A stretch of DNA of 54,166 nt from assembly GCA_018645845.1 (NCBI GenBank), contig JABGVY010000132.1:1-54166 (forward strand), in the 5' to 3' direction. The translations under genes and the position numbers were made by a program. Within the stretch, counting starts at the first letter, position 1. Each line of letters starts with the position of its first letter. The stretch is from Gammaproteobacteria bacterium. Its GTDB lineage: Bacteria > Pseudomonadota > Gammaproteobacteria > Pseudomonadales > Azotimanducaceae. Below, in pieces: positions 52,762 to 54,166 of this stretch. The notes under the pieces are model-generated. The model was not told where the DNA came from and did not search any database. It saw only the letters and a list, made by a program, of their open reading frames with translations.

Positions 52762-52803
52762 ATGAAAATGAAAATGAAAATGAAAATGAAAATGAAAATG
52801 AAA
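52762..52803 (+). repeat. (ATGAAA)x7 perfect hexanucleotide repeat at the start codon
   Basis: Seven uninterrupted ATGAAA units are read directly from the sequence. Each unit carries an in-frame ATG. Confidence 0.98.
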
Positions 52804-53406
52804 CTCAAGCAAGCGGCCTTGGCGATTGCGATATATACGATGACGGTAAACGTCTTCGCAGCTTCGGATGGAACGCTTTCAGCGACCAATAGCACTGCGA
52901 CCCTCGCAGTATCAATGGAGGTCAAGGACATGATCCAGATTACGTCTGATGACGCTTCAGATACGGCTTTCTCGTTTGCTGACGCTACAATTAGTGATGT
53001 AGCGGCAGATGGTTCGGAAACAGCCGTCGTTAGGTCTGGTGCAGAAGAGTTTTGTGTTTTTGTAAACGGCGGTGGTGGATACCAGCTGACCATTAGTGAT
53101 AGCAATACTGCGGTTACGAGTGGAGTCTTCAATCTTGCTTCCACGACGACTGGCGTCACTGACAACATTCCTTTTCAAGTAACCTACACCGCTGCTGGTA
53201 AGGATGCGACACAAGCGAAACTCACTGCCCGAGGCACGAATGCCGTTGACGGCACTTTGGTGACGGGGTTTTCTGGCTATAGTGCGCGATTTTGTGAGGG
53301 AGCCAATAACCTTGCAATTTGGGTGGATCTTCTTGAGAGCGATATGCTGAACGCGGATACCGCCGAATACTCCACGACGCTGTCTTTCCTGGTTGCCGTA
53401 GAATAG
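52762..53406 (+). CDS. Secreted hypothetical protein (beta-rich, two Cys; possibly pilin/fimbrial-like) with an N-terminal (Met-Lys)x7 repeat
   Basis: 214 aa with the SD AGAGGGA just upstream. MKMKMKMKMKMKMKLKQAALAIAIYTMTVNVFA|ASDG is a signal peptide with a repeat-encoded n-region. The mature part is rich in Thr, Ser, Ala and Gly. The fold suggestion is weak. Confidence 0.7.
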   Translation: MKMKMKMKMKMKMKLKQAALAIAIYTMTVNVFAASDGTLSATNSTATLAVSMEVKDMIQITSDDASDTAFSFADATISDVAADGSETAVVRSGAEEFCVFVNGGGGYQLTISDSNTAVTSGVFNLASTTTGVTDNIPFQVTYTAAGKDATQAKLTARGTNAVDGTLVTGFSGYSARFCEGANNLAIWVDLLESDMLNADTAEYSTTLSFLVAVE

Positions 53407-53584
53407 CGCCAGCCTGGGATAAGACCGCTAATTCGTGGTCGTCAGAAGAGCCCGACAGTGGATGGCTGGTTCGGCAAATGGACTGAAGATCCTCACCCGC
53501 AATGGGGAGCCAATGAGCCGGCAAAGGAAAGCTGCTGTAGGCTTTTAGGATACCGCAGAGATTAGGCAGCGTTGATCGTAGCTG

Positions 53585-53638
53585 TGTAGATAGTAGCTAG
53601 TGTAGGTAGTAGCTAGTGTAGGTAGTAGGTAGTGTAGA
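53585..53638. repeat. TAG-rich 16-bp tandem repeat (3.4 copies) bracketed by an 8-bp inverted repeat
   Basis: TGTAGATAGTAGCTAG / TGTAGGTAGTAGCTAG / TGTAGGTAGTAGGTAG / TGTAGA. The flanking inverted repeat is GGCAGCGT (53565-53572) and ACGCTGCC (53642-53649). Confidence 0.9.
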
Positions 53639-53755
53639 TTTACGCTGCCAAAGAACGATGAAGGGGGGAAACCCCAGGCCCGCTGTCCTGAAGTGTTGCC
53701 GCTTATCGGGATGTACATGTGAAAAAAGTAACGATCTAGTCGTTTGTCAACGCAA

Positions 53756-54103
53756 CTAAAATCTGGTGAGTACCACCTGGCGCCGATATTGCTTTGATCT
53801 CGCCTTGAAGCCATCGAAGAGATGAGGGACGATGTACTGGCACATCAAGTCTTTGTACATTCGCATTTGACATTTGATTTCACAACGCCGGTAGATTATG
53901 AAGCCAGCCCTACCAAAAGGTCCTAAACTGGTCGGCCACTCCGGGGGTGAGCAAGCCGTCGTTCCCACCGATCGTCCGAAAAATTTACCGGTGTTTTGTT
54001 CACGACAATGCATATGGGCAGTGGCAGCGTGCATGTCAGTCATGAGTTCCATGGCGCTGGCCTCTGGTTTTACTTTGGATATACCCAACGTTACCTTCAG
54101 CAA
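53756..54103 (-). CDS. Hypothetical Cys/His-rich ORF (weak)
   Basis: The tracked ORF starts at TTG. The first ATG is at 54052 (MELMTDMHAATAHMHCREQ...). I recognise no motif, and only the ORF length and plausible codon usage support it. Confidence 0.3.
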   Translation of the reverse strand: MLKVTLGISKVKPEASAMELMTDMHAATAHMHCREQNTGKFFGRSVGTTACSPPEWPTSLGPFGRAGFIIYRRCEIKCQMRMYKDLMCQYIVPHLFDGFKARSKQYRRQVVLTRF

Positions 54104-54138
54104 TTGGTCGGACGATGGCGCAGTGCAGGAGGTGGTAG

Positions 54139-54166
54139 ATGACTGCGCCTACTCCTGGAGCGGTAA
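54139..54166 (+). CDS. Start of an unidentified CDS running off the window
   Basis: ATG at 54139, preceded by a perfect AGGAGG SD (54127-54132) with a 6-nt spacer. Only 9 codons (MTAPTPGAV) are visible. Confidence 0.4.

Noticed and set aside
52615-53168. Minus-strand ORFs, including one encoding (His-Phe)n (MLEFHFHFHFHF...) and a 153-aa ORF.
   Set aside because: They are reverse-complement shadows of the (ATGAAA)7 repeat and of the secreted-protein gene. The plus-strand gene has the SD, the signal peptide and the cleavage site.
53585-53638. The 16-bp tandem repeat considered as a CRISPR array.
   Set aside because: The repeats abut directly with no spacers, the unit is far too short, and there are no cas genes. 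It is a simple tandem repeat.

Overview
This 54.2-kb window comes from a gammaproteobacterium; I cannot verify the exact taxon here. About 8.0-51.4 kb is one contiguous polar-flagellum regulon of the Pseudomonas/Vibrio type. On the minus strand it runs flgBCDEFGHIJKL-fliD-fliS-fliT-(PilZ-like)-fliC-flaG. On the plus strand it runs flgA, flgM-flgN-(DUF2835-like), a fleQ-like gene, fleS-fleR, fliEFGHIJ, fliK, and fliLMNOPQR-flhB-flhA-flhF-flhG-fliA-motA-motB. A MORN-repeat gene follows, and a second motA/motB pair converges on it. Seven near-consensus sigma54 (-24/-12) promoters and two sigma28 promoters can be read directly from the sequence, consistent with a FleQ / FleSR / FliA hierarchy. The left flank (1-7.6 kb) holds a partial secreted protein, an MBL-fold hydrolase, an SDR oxidoreductase, a TonB-dependent receptor and three hypothetical genes. 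The right flank (51.4-54.2 kb) holds a sigma54-driven 86-aa tail-anchored protein, a ~600-bp ORF-free stretch, a secreted protein whose gene starts with (ATGAAA)x7, a TAG-rich 16-bp tandem repeat, and two poorly supported ORFs. I recognised no rRNA, tRNA, CRISPR array, transposase or integrase. The most unusual points are these. (1) The fleQ-like master regulator has only AAA+ and HTH domains, with no N-terminal domain. A 2 x 240-bp tandem module with mosaic conservation sits directly upstream of it, where that domain would normally be encoded. (2) An 81-aa protein consisting only of a histidine-kinase DHp/H-box has its own perfect sigma54 promoter, downstream of fliC-flaG. (3) Two stator operons converge with overlapping stop codons, and a periplasmic MORN-repeat protein is translationally coupled to motB. 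(4) An in-frame hexanucleotide start-codon repeat lies in the signal peptide of a secreted protein. (5) fliK, the hook-length ruler, contains a 3 x 60-bp tandem repeat. (6) FlgJ has only the rod-binding domain. (7) There are no che genes between fliA and motA. All functional calls rest on motifs read by eye; no database search was run.
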